Assembly: GCF_030684315.1 (NCBI RefSeq)
Contig: NC_081362.1
Span: 97,323,187-97,387,186, forward strand
Direction of reading: 5' to 3'
Source: Stegostoma tigrinum
Taxonomy: Eukaryota
Length of the DNA stretch: 64,000 nucleotides
In this document: piece after piece, positions 27,761-39,069 of the stretch
Numbering within the stretch: the first letter of the stretch is position 1
Layout of the letters: every line of letters starts with the position of its first letter
Notes under the pieces: model-generated
What the model saw: the letters and a program-made list of their open reading frames with translations, nothing else
What the model was told of the DNA's origin: nothing
Database searches by the model: none
Translations under genes and position numbers: made by a program

Positions 27761-28836
27761 CTTCTGTAATTCACAAGTAAATAGAAATTTATTGATACCT
27801 GGCTTGAAATTGTTCAATCACTGAGCTGGCACAGCTCTTCCTCTGGAAGAGTGAATGCTAAAGCTTCACCAGCCTCTGGCTATGTCCCCTGGTCATTCCC
27901 TATGCCAGGCAAACATCCTTCCACCATTGAACCTGTCTGGCCCTTTTAAGAGTTTTGTACATTTCTATGAGATCACCTCACATTCTTCTAAACTCTGGAG
28001 ATTACAGACCAAGTCTCTTCAACCTTGCCCACCATCTCAGGGATCAATCACATGAACCTCTGCATTCCCCCTGCAGCAAGTCTATCCTTTCTCAGTCAGG
28101 GGGACCAGAACTGCACAAAATACTCCAGGAGCAGTTTCACCAGTATTTTATACAACTGAAGCAAGTCTACTCTGTTCCTGTGTTTAGATTGTCATGTGAT
28201 TGACAAAGACATCTAGCTCCCTTTGGGTGCAAACACTAACCATCCCCTCATTGTTTAAGAAATATTCTATGCCTTTCTTCCTCCTGCCAGAGAATCAGAC
28301 ACTTACCCACATTACTGTCGATGATGAATACTTGGTTCTTGTTTATGTGTGGGACAATTGCATTCCCTTTAATCAAATTGCTTCTGCACAAACTCAGTGA
28401 AAGATTACATCCAGAAGCAAAATGTCACTTTGCGAGCCACAGTAAAAAATAGAATCCCTTTGCTCAAAATAAATCAAGCTTCCTTTTCATCCTGAACATT
28501 TCATTGTAAATTATTTCAAACCTAGCAATGTATTCCTGGCTGGTACACGCAGTACAGTACAGAGCCTAGCTTCTACCACATTGGTGATAAAACATTGCCT
28601 CCTCGCAAATAATGTCTAATAATAGAACATTTTAAAATGTTCTTTGTTTGCGTTTGATGCATTTTGTATCTGTGTACTAAACTCTTCCATCACTGTGTAA
28701 CTGTCACTTGGGGGGTGGTGGCGAAGCACACCTAGGAACCACGTTGTTTGTTGCTCCTGGGGCTGTCAGTTCTGCCTCAGTGGAACTGCCTCTCAACCAT
28801 GAGATCTTGGGTTCGAACACTTCACCTGAGAATTCA

Positions 28837-29172
28837 GAGACAGTAGGAACTGCAGATGCTGGATCTGAGATAACAAGGTGTAGAGCTGGATGAACACAGC
28901 AGGCCAAGCAGCATCACAGGAGCAGTAAAGCTGACGTTTCAGGTCTGGACAGAGATAATGGGAACTGCTCTCTGATGAAGGGTCTAGGCCCGAAAGCTTT
29001 TGTGTTCCTGAGATGCTGCTTGACCTGCTGTGTTCATCCAGCTTCACGCTTTGTCATCTCATTTCAGGTCTGGACCCTTCTTCAGAAGAAGGGTCTAGAC
29101 CCAAAACGTCAGCTTTTCTACTCCTCTGATGCTGCTTGGCCTGCTGTGTTTATCCAGCTCTATTCCTTGTTA
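28837..29172. mobile_element. Fold-back Penelope-type insertion with a nested second copy, inside a DeuSINE-like element (~28760-29370)
   Basis: Outer TSD TCACCTGAGAATTCA (28822-28836 / 29173-29187). Inner TSD TTTCAGGTCTGGAC (28937-28950 / 29062-29075). The host carries gagggagtgctgcactgccagaag. Confidence 0.75.
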
Positions 29173-29581
29173 TCACCTGAGAATTCACCAGGTTGTTCAT
29201 GCTGATGCTCCAGTACAGTTAAGAGGGAGTGCTGCACTGCCAGAAGTCATCTTTTTGGATGAGACAGGGAGTTCTTCTTGGAGCCCTGACTGATGTGTCT
29301 GTGTGTCAACCAATACTTCGGCTATTTTCTCATTGCTGATTGTGGAATCTTGCTGTGCACAGGCTGGCTGCTGTCAGAAAGACAGGAGATGAGGACAATG
29401 CAGTGCTTCCCACCCTGAGTTTAGCACCTTCATCGTCACTAGAGAAGTACTGTTAGATAAATTAATGGAGCTAAAGGCAGAGAAGACCCCTGGCCCTGAT
29501 AGTTTGCATCCTAGGATCCTAAAACAGGGAGCTGTAGAAATAATGGATGCATTGATTGCAATTTTCCAAAAAACCTTGAAT

Positions 29582-29997
29582 GGCCAGAGGTGAGAGTGCT
29601 TCCCACTGAGTCCCAACTGGTCCCTGTACTAACTGGGGGAGTCCTACACTGCCAGAGGTGAGAGTGCTTCCCACTGAGTCCCAACTGGTCCCTGTACTAA
29701 CTGGGGGAGTCCTGCACTGCCAGAGGTGAAAGTGCTTCCCACTGAGTCCCAACTGGTCCCTGTACTAACTGGGGAGTTCTGCACTGCCAGAGGTGAGAGT
29801 GCTTCCCACTGAGTCCCAACTGGTCCCTGTACTAACTGGGGGAGTCCTGCACTGCCAGAGGTGAGAGTGCTTCCCACTGAGTCCCAACTGGTCCCTGTAC
29901 TAACTGGGGGAGTCCTGCACTGCCAGAGGTGAGAGTGCTTCCCACTGAGTCCCAACTGGTCCCTGTACCAACTGGGGGAGCCCTGCACTGCCAGAGA
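29582..29997. repeat. 68-bp minisatellite, ~6 near-identical copies
   Basis: Unit tgccagaggtgagagtgcttcccactgagtcccaactggtccctgtactaactgggggagtcctgcac. Confidence 0.92.
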
Positions 29998-30334
29998 TGC
30001 TGTGGGTTGGTTGTAGAGTTAAGCCAAGGCCCGATTTGCCCTCACATGAGGAAGTAAAGAATACTGTGGCAATGATTCAATAAGGAACAGGGAATCTCTC
30101 CTTGGTGTCTGTGATGTGGAGGATCAGGAAGATATTTCATCTCATGCAGCAATGCTTATGATAGCTTTCAATCATTCAAAAAAAAACTAGGATATGGGCG
30201 ACATGGTATTGAAAGATCCAACAGGTGCTTATTACAGCTGGTTACTTTAGACAATTACATTCACAGGCAAGATAATAAAATGTGAGGCTGGATGAACACA
30301 GCAGGCCAAGCAGCATCTCAGGAGCACAAAAGCT

Positions 30335-30362
30335 GACGTTTCGGGCCGAGACCCTTCATCAG
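30335..30362 (-). ncRNA. Minimal hammerhead ribozyme motif (family A)
   Basis: Reverse complement reads CTGATGA-A-GGGTCTCGGCCC-GAAAC-GTC. Confidence 0.65.
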
Positions 30363-30935
30363 AGAGGGGGATGGGGGGAGGGAACTGGAATAAATAGGGA
30401 GAGAGGGGGAGGCGGACCGAAGATGGAGAGTAAAGAAGGTAGGTGGAGAGAGTGTAGGTGGGGAGGTAGGGAGGGGATAGGTCAGTCCAGGGAAGACGGA
30501 CAGGTCAAGGAGGTGGGATGAGGTTAGTAGGTAGCTGGGGGTGCGGCTTGGGGTGGGAGGAAGGGATGGGTGAGAGGAAGAACCGGTTAGGGAGGCAGAG
30601 ACAGGTTGGACTGGTTTTGGGATGCAGTGGGTGGGGGGGAGGAACCAGCCCAGCTCTTCCCCCCCACCCACTGCATCCCAAAACCAGTCCAACCTGTCTC
30701 TGCCTCCCTAACCGGTTCTTCCTCTCACCCATCCCTTCCTCCCACCCCAAGCCGCACCCCCAGCTACCTACTAACCTCATCCCACCTCCTTGACCTGTCC
30801 GTCTTCCCTGGACTGACCTATCCCCTCCCTACCTCCCCACCTACACTCTCTCCACCTATCTTCTTTACTCTCCATCTTCGGTCTGCCTCCCCCTCTCTCC
30901 CTATTTATTCCAGTTCCCTCCCCCCATCCCCCTCT

Positions 30936-30963
30936 CTGATGAAGGGTCTAGGCCCGAAACGTC
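30936..30963 (+). ncRNA. Minimal hammerhead ribozyme motif (family A)
   Basis: CTGATGA-A-GGGTCTAGGCCC-GAAAC-GTC: intact core, stem II, palindromic ACGT and a GUC triplet. Confidence 0.7.
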
Positions 30964-31420
30964 AGCTTTTGTGCTCCTGAGATGCTGCTTGGCCTGCTGT
31001 GTTCATCCAGCCTCACATTTTGTTATCTTGGAATTCTCCAGCATCTGCAGTTCCCATTATCTCTGATACATTCACAGGCACATCACTGTGTGAGCTAATT
31101 CTAAACTATTAGGTTACACAGAGCATCATGCTGCCAATAGAGTGTCATGTTCTATGTGATCAGAGGTAAAGCGGAGACTGAGATCTTTATTCTGAGAATG
31201 AAAGAGTGAAGACCTTAATGGGATACTGACATGTTGAATGTGAGATAAAATCTAGGCTCATAATCATCTTTCAGCTAACAACGCTAAAACTAACACATTT
31301 TGCTATATGCTGTGCACAAATTGACTGTCTATTTTCCTAATTTATTGGCTATACAGTTAATATGATTGTCTTGAGGGTATGCAAGATGCCATATAAATAA
31401 AATGCTAATCTTCCTTTTAT

Positions 31421-31756
31421 ATAGAATCCCTATAGTGTAGAAGCAGGCCAGTTGGCCCATCAAATCCACGTCATCCCTCCAAAGACCATCCCCTACCCTA
31501 TCCCTGTAATCCTGTATATCCCATGGCTAATCCATGTACCTAACACATCCCTGGATACTATGGGCAATTTAGCATGGCCAATCCATCTAATCAGCTGATC
31601 TTTGGACTGTGGGAGGAAAGCGGAGCACCTGGCACCCACATTGATATGGGGAGAATGTGCAAACTCCACACAGACAATTGCATGAGGTTGGAATCAAACC
31701 TGAGTCCCTGGCGCTATGAGGCAGCAGTGCTAATCCACTGAGCCACTGTGCTGTCC
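31421..31756 (-). mobile_element. tRNA-derived V-SINE (HE1-like)
   Basis: Reverse complement of the 15133 family. A partial copy also lies at ~63480-63680. Confidence 0.85.
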
Positions 31757-33093
31757 TAATTGTCGTACTATAGAGATAGAGAGGGTTAGAACACAGAAGA
31801 AAGGCCTTTTGGCCAATCACATCCACACTGGTCAAAAACAGCCACTATTCTAATTCCAATTTCCAGCACTTGGCCCATAGTATTGTGTGCCTCAGCTGCA
31901 GCTATCAGTTCTGTCTTTTCCATACCTTACCTTAGCAGAGGCAATCACACACTATTGCCCATCCGAGGTCTCAGCAGAAAATTTCTAACTGTATCCACTC
32001 ACTAACTAATACGATTCCAGCTGTGAAAAAAAATTCATTAGCACTTTGAGAAGCCACAGAGAGAAGGGAGCCATGTAGGCAAGTGTGTGAGGATGCTGGG
32101 GATTAGGAAGCAGATGGGTGAGGGGGAGTCAGGGGACAGGTGGGTTAGGGGGTGGCAGCAGGTGAGTTGGGGGGTAGGTGAGTGAGGGGGACAGGGTGAA
32201 TGGGAGCAGGACGGCACTGTGAGGGGGAACGGGAACAGGTGAGTGAGACATTGGGCACACAGAGTGGGGGTAGGGTGAGTGGCAGGTGAGTGGAGTCCCA
32301 GTGGGAATCAATGTGGTCTCTGATGTTCACAGCCACTTCTTGGTTTGCTAAGCGTTTCCTATGATTTCAATAACTGCAATATTTTGTGGTAACCTTTTTA
32401 CATCGGAATCTGAACTCTTAGTCACAAAGTCTGTCATTTATTAAAGATTAAATGTCACACTCACAAATGGCACTGAAATTAACAAGTACCTTTCAGCACA
32501 GAAAATATTCGCATTTCTAATGTGAGTCCAGAGTTCCAGTTGCCTCCCACTATATTCCAATTCCATTTTACAATTTCGTCATTCTGATGTATTCTGACTG
32601 CAACAGCTCCAACAGTTCCCACCATTAATTATTCAGCACTTGTTGCACCTAAACAGTTATCTCTACGTAAGACCTCCCTGGTTCTGAGACGAACAGGTTG
32701 GTGTTAGAAAAGTGCACGTCATGGATGACTGTAATTCAAAATTGTTTTCCCAGCCAGAAACACGTGCCTGGATGGGTGCAGCTTTAACAACACTCAAGAA
32801 ACCTGACACCATCCAAGACAAAGCATCCATTCACCCTTTTCATTTGTTCCGTTTATTCCAAGCCCATTTGTAGCACTTAGCCCTTGGCATTGCATGCTGT
32901 GGTTCTTCAGGTGTTTAAATTCTTCTTAAATATAGTGAGGTGACCCATTTCCACATTCTTTCAGGCAGTTCCACATACCTTCCCAGCCTCCGTGTGATAC
33001 AATTCTTCCTTAAATCCCCCCTAAACTTCCTCTCAACCCAAGGATCTGTTTAAAATCCTAACTAGGGTCCCCATGGTACCATTTGAAAAAAGA

Positions 33094-34230
33094 ACTAAGA
33101 ACAAAGAAAATTACAGCACAGGAACAGGCCCTTCGGCCCTCCAAGCCTGCGCCAATCGAGATCCTCTGTCTAACCTGTCATCTATTTTCTAAGATAATAA
33201 AATGTGAGGCTGGATGAACACAGCAGGCCAAGCAGCATCTCAGGAGCACAAAAGCTGACGTTTCGGGCCTAGACCCTTCATCAGAAGAGTCTAGGCCCGA
33301 AACGTCAGCTTTTGTGCTCCTGAGATGCTGCTGGGGCTGCTGTGTTCATCCAGCCTCACATTTTATTATCTTGGAATTCTCCAGCATCTGCAGTTCCCAT
33401 TATCTCTGATCTATTTTCTAAGGGTCTGTATCCATTTGCTCTCTGCCCATCCATGTACCTGTCCAGATTACATCTTAAAAGATGCTAACGTGTCTGCGTC
33501 TACCACCTCCGCTGGCAACGTGTTCCAGGGCCCACCACCTTCTGTGTAAAGAACTTTCCACGCATATCTCCCTTAAATTTTCCTCCTCTCACTTTGAACT
33601 CATGACCCCGAGTAATTGAGTTCCCCACTCTGGGAAAAAGCTTTTTGCTATCCACCCTGTCTATACCCCTCATGATTTTGTAGACCTCAATCAGGTCCCC
33701 CCACAATCTCTGTCTTTCTAATGAAAATAATCCTAATCTACTCAACCTCTCTTCACAGCTAGCACCCTCCATACCAGGCAACATCCTGGTGAAACTCCTC
33801 TGCACCCTCTCCAAAGCATCCACATCCTTTTGGTAAAGTGGCGACCAGAACTGTACACAGTACTCCAAATGTGGCCGAACCAAAGTCCTATACAACTGTA
33901 ACATGACCTGCCAACTCTTGTACTCAATACCCCGTCCAATGAAGGAAAGCATGCCATATGCCTCCTTGACCACTCTATTGACCTGTGTTGCCACCTTCAG
34001 GGAACAATGAACTTGAACACCCAGATCTCTCTGTACATCAATTTTCCCTGGGACTTTTCTATTGACTGTATAGTTTGCTCTTGAATTAGATCTTCCAAAA
34101 TGCATCACCTCGCATTTGCCCGGATTAAACTCCATCTGCCAATTATCTGCCCAACTCTTCAATCTATCTATATTCTGCTATAATCTCTGACACTATCTGC
34201 TACTCCACCAACCTTCGTGTCATCTGCAAA
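33094..34230 (-). mobile_element. CR1 LINE 3' portion with a fold-back Penelope insertion (33194-33408) in its 3' end
   Basis: WQMEFNPGKCEVMHFG...RPHLEYCVQFWSP. The insertion has TSD ATCTATTTTCTAAG (33180-33193 / 33409-33422) and an intact hammerhead core on - at 33257-33284. Confidence 0.9.
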
Positions 34231-34276
34231 GTCTGACCAGTTTATTTACAGAAGACCACAAGAAATAAGAATAGTG

Positions 34277-35445
34277 AGCTTTCCCCCCACAGTGGTCGAG
34301 AACGCCCTTGACCGCGTCTCCCGCATTTCCCGCAACACATCCCTCACACCCCGCCCCCGCCACAACCGCCCCCAGAGGATCCCCCTCGTTCTCATACACC
34401 ACCCCACCAACCTCCAGATACAACGCATCATCCTCCGACACTTCCGCCATCTACAATCTGACCCCACCAGCCAAGACAATTTTCCATCCCCACCCTTGTC
34501 TGCTATCCGGAGAGACCACTCTCTCCGTGACTCCCTTGTTCACTCCACACTGCCCTCCAACCCCATCACACCCGGCACCTTCCCCTGCAACCGCAGGAAA
34601 TGCTACACTTGCCCCACACCAACTCCCTCACCCCCATCCCAGGCCCCAAGATGACTTTCCATATTAAGCAGATGTTCACCTGCACATCTGCCAATGTGGT
34701 ATACTGTATCCATTGCACCCGGTGTGGCTTCCTCTACATTGGGGAAACCAAGCGGAGGCTTGGGGACCGCTTTGCAGAACACCTCCGCTCGGTTCGCAAT
34801 AAACAACTGCACCTCCCAGTCACGAACCATTTCAACTCCCCCTCCCATTCCTCAGACGACATGTCCATCATGGGCCGCCTGCAGTGCCATAATGATGCCA
34901 CCCGAAGGTTGCAGGAACAGCAACTCATATTCCGCTTGGGAACACTGCAGCCCAATGGTTTCAATGTGGACTTCACAAGCTTCAAAATCTCCTCTTCCCC
35001 CACCGCATCCCAAAACCAGCCCAGTTCGTCCCCTCCCCCCACTGCACCACACAACCAGCCCAGCTCTTCCCCTTCCTCCACTGCATCCCAAAACCAGCCC
35101 AGCCTGTCTCTGCCTCCCTAAACTGTTCTTCCTCTCACCCATCCCTTCCTCCCACCTCAAGCTGCAACTCCATTTCCCACCTACTAACCTCATCCCACCT
35201 CCTTGACCTGTCTGTCTTCCCTGGACTGACCTATCCCCTCCCTACCTCCCCACCTACACTCTCCTCTCCACCTATCTTCTTTTCTCTCCATCTTCGGTCC
35301 GCCTCCCCCTCTCTCCCTATTTATTCCAGAACCCTCACCCCAACCCCCTCTCTGATGAAGGGTCTAGGCCCGAAACGTCAGCTTTTGTGCTCCTGAGCTG
35401 CCGCTTGGCCTGCTGTGTTCATCCAGCTTCACACTTTATTATCTA
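34277..35445 (+). mobile_element. Penelope-like element, 5'-truncated (GIY-YIG + terminal repeat)
   Basis: RIPLVL, VVYCIHCTRCGFLYIGETKR. Imperfect TSD aagaaataagaatagt / aagaaataggaatcgt. Confidence 0.92.
35352..35379 (+). ncRNA. Minimal hammerhead ribozyme motif (family A)
   Basis: CTGATGA-A-GGGTCTAGGCCC-GAAAC-GTC in the Penelope terminal repeat. Confidence 0.7.
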
Positions 35446-35949
35446 AGAAATAGGAATCGTCTGTTTGGCCCCCTAAAGCTTGATTGACCATTCAATAGGA
35501 TCATGGCTGATCCAAAATTCCTCAAATCCACTTTCTTGTTCCTTCTCCATAATTCCTGATTCCCTGACTGATCAAGCATCCATCGATCTCAGTCTTCAAT
35601 AGAATAAGTTTCAGATGAAGACTGTGGACTGAGGGTTGGGTCTAGGCCCAACATTGATTAACATCTTCCAAGCTGTCCTTTCATTCCCAATGAATTCAGG
35701 AATTGTTATAGAAACTCTTGTTGATCCACCCTGGAAAGGAGTTTCATATCCAAGCAGTGTTTATGCTGCCAGACTATGTTGAATGTACTGCACAAAAAAC
35801 CCATTCTGCCCATCTTGTCAATGCTGTATGACATGAATCTCCTCCTACTTTGGCCAGTGTGGTGACAGAGCCAGCAAAATCTGGTTATAGAGGGCCACAT
35901 TGAAGAGTGAGTCAATTTAACTGGTTGTCAACTATTTTCCTATTGGCAG

Positions 35950-36297
35950 AATTTAAGACAATTCCACTCCTCCTTCAGCATCCAGAAGTGATGCGGGTCA
36001 AAGAGGGAATGACAGCACAGATGCAATGTACCATGGATGGCCACAGTGTGGGTGACACCACTGTATACTGGGAACGGCAGATACGGGGAAACAAGAGGCG
36101 CTGGCTGCTGACTCATTCCGTCTATAACTACATCACCAGGTCTCACCGAGTGGCTGACCATATCCAACCATCCAGAGACCTCACCAGTAACAGCTTCGTC
36201 CTGACCATCAGTACTGTGCAACCCAGTGACACTGGCATTTACATCTGCAGTGTGTGGGGATCTGTATATGGAACAGGAACTCAGCTGAATGTGACCA
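35950..36297 (+). CDS. Exon 2: Ig V-set domain 1 with in-exon J-like G strand
   Basis: Acceptor ttttcctattggcag, donor A|GTAAGA. The protein has B-strand Cys (AQMQC), C-strand Trp (VYWERQ), FVLTISTVQPSDTGIYIC, and then SVWGSVYGTGTQLNVT. Confidence 0.92.
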
Positions 36298-36314
36298 GTA
36301 AGAATATTTCAAAT

Positions 36315-37272
36315 AATATTTACAGTGCCCGCACTGGCAATCTGTTAGATAAATAACACTGGCATATTCAGTACGGCACTGGCAATCTGTTAGATAACAC
36401 TGGTATATTCACAGTGACTGCACTGGCAATCTGATAGATAAATAACACTGGGATATTCACAGTGACTGCACTGGCAATCTGTTAGATAAGTAACACTGGG
36501 ATATTCACAGTGACTGCACTGGAAATCTGTTAGATAACACTGGGATATTCACAGTGACTGCACTGGAAATCTGTTAGATAAGTAACACTGGGATATTCAC
36601 AGTGACTGCACTGGCAATCTGTTAGATAACACTGGGATATTCACAGTGACTACACTGACAATCTGTTAGATAAGTAACACTGGGATATTCACAGTGACTG
36701 CACTGGCAATCCGTTCGATAAGTAACACTGGGATATTCACAGTGACTGCACTGGCAATCTGTTCGACGACACTGGGGTATTCACAGTGACTGCACTGGAA
36801 ATCTGTTAGATAACACTGGGATATTCACAGTGACTGCACTGGCAATCTGTTCGATAACACTGGGATATTCACAGTGACTGTACTGGCAATCTGTTAGATA
36901 ACACTGGGATATTCACAGTGACTGCACTGGCAATCCGTTCGATAAGTAACACTGGGATATTCACAGTGACTGCACTGGCAATCTGTTCGACGACACTGGG
37001 GTATTCACAGTGACTGCACTGGAAATCTGTTAGATAACACTGGGATATTCACAGTGACTGCACTGGCAATCTGTTCGATAACACTGGGATATTCACAGTG
37101 ACTGTACTGGCAATCTGTTAGATAACACTGGGATATTCACAGTGACTGCACTGGCAATCTGTTCGATAACACTGGGATATTCACTGTGACTGCACTGGCA
37201 ATCTGTTAGATAACATTGGGATATTTGCACTGGCAATCTGTTAGATAACACTGGGATACTTGCACTGGCAAG
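36315..37272. repeat. 44/48-bp minisatellite directly after the V1 exon
   Basis: Unit gggatattcacagtgactgcactggcaatctgttagat(aagt)aacact, about 20 copies. Confidence 0.95.
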
Positions 37273-37451
37273 TAATATGTTCAGTTTTACTACATGCCCA
37301 AATAGATGTTGTTGCTTTGGGATCCCCTGTTGCTAACAACACTGATGATTTTGACTGGGAACGCCAGATTGACCCCAGCCCTCCTACTCCTTGCATATTC
37401 CCAATATGTCAGTGCTACTTGAATGTACACCTGCAATGCCAGAATTTCCTT

Positions 37452-37812
37452 AATGTGGAGGTGTCGGTGTTGGACTGGGATGGACAAGGTCAGAAATCAC
37501 ATGACACCAGGTTATAGTCCAACAGGCTTATTTGAAAACACAAGCTTTCAGAGCCTCGCTTCTTTTTGAGGTGCTAGTGAGGGAGGTTAGATCAGACACA
37601 GAATTTATAAGTAAAGGATCAAAGGGTCACACCACTGATAAGGACGTAATGAACAAATCTAATATGCTGTTAAATCAGTTAGAAGGTTTTAATTCATTAG
37701 TACGTATTTGTAAATCCCTGAATTCCTTTCCTGTGAGAACTAAAGGTTTTATAACCACTATAACCTGGTGTCATGTGACTTCTGACCTTGTCCATCAAAT
37801 CCAACACTGGCA
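37452..37812. mobile_element. Fold-back element, family C (also ~16470-16680 and ~38790-38975)
   Basis: Shared arms gaagtcacatgacaccaggttatagtccaacagg and their reverse complement. Degenerate hammerhead-like CTGACAAAGGAGCAGCGTTCTGAAAGCT at ~16558. Confidence 0.6.
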
Positions 37813-39069
37813 CCTTGGGTGCAGAAAAACAGACAAGAGCAAATACGGACGGGCAATAAATGCTTTTAGGTCAGACAATACATGTTAGGTGTGTGGCCTT
37901 GTTTAAAATCTGTTTGTGTTTTAGTTTGGAGTCAGAATAGTTTTATTTCTAAAGTAGGAATTTATAAAACACAGCAGTGCAGCACTCCCTTAGTACACTT
38001 GAAGTCTCAGCATATATTATGCTTCGAGCTGAGCTTGGGCCAATAATCATCTGTTTCAGAGGAAAACAATAAGAGTGCTGTCCTCTACCAATTCAGGCAT
38101 CATCTTATTGAATGGCTGAGCAGGCTCAATGTGCCAAATGGCCAGCTCTTGTTCCTAGTTTGGATGTCTTCTGAGCTACCACCTTCAGCATTCTCTTCTT
38201 TCATTACTCACACTCAGTAGCAACAGCGTGTACAAGATGCAACCCAAAATTTCACCAAAGATCCTTAGAAAACGCCTTTCAAACCAATGGCCACTTCCAT
38301 TGAGAAGGACAAGGGCAGCAATTCCCCTCCAAGCTACACCCTATCCTGAATTGGAAATATATCACCATTCCTTCACTGTCACTGGGTCAAAATTTTGGAA
38401 TTATCGCCCTAAGGGCATTGTGGGTTGACCCATGGCACATGGATTGCAGCAGTACAAGCAGGTGATTGTAATTTTGGGAGTACGGTGATGCAGTGTTAGT
38501 TCAGGAATGTATTGTGCTGTAGAGCCATGCTTGACTCCATTGTGTTACCTGCAGTCTGGACGCAGGATAAAGCATTGTAGTTGCAGATGAGGTTGGTGAT
38601 GCTGGCCTTGTTCTCCTCACAGGAAAGAACATTGAAGAGTATAAAATCATGGTGAGTCTGGAAAAGGTAGACATGAAAAACTTTGCCCACAAAGGATTCA
38701 TTTGAGACGTTGAGCAAGAGACACAGGGAGAGATGAGTTGGAGCAATTTTACTCAGTGATTACTAATGACCTGGAACCTGTCAAACACTTGGCTGGACAA
38801 AGTCAGAAGTCACATGATACCATATTACAGTCCAACAAGTTGATTTGAAATCACAAGTTTTCAGACTTCACCAGGCAAAGGGACAGTGCTCAGAAAACTT
38901 GTGATTCCAACTAAACCTGTTGGACTATAACCTGGTGTCATGTGACCTCTGACCTTTCCATCAAGTCTAACACTGGCACCTTGGGTGCAGAAAAACAGAC
39001 AAGAGCAAATACGGACGGGCAATAAATGCTTGCCCAGCCACAGATGCCCATGTCTCATGAATGAATAAA

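Larger units (their letters stand above)
30268..31066. mobile_element. Young fold-back Penelope insertion: ~375-bp inverted arms, 11-nt loop
   Basis: Symmetry centre at 30649 with only a few mismatches. TSD TACATTCACAGGCA at 30256-30269 and 31067-31080. Confidence 0.92.

Noticed and set aside
30282-30980. Mirror-image ORF pairs on both strands
   Set aside because: A consequence of the palindromic Penelope terminal repeats.
36315-37272. CRISPR-like array (also considered for 29582-29997)
   Set aside because: Head-to-tail repeats without unique spacers, no cas genes, and a vertebrate context.
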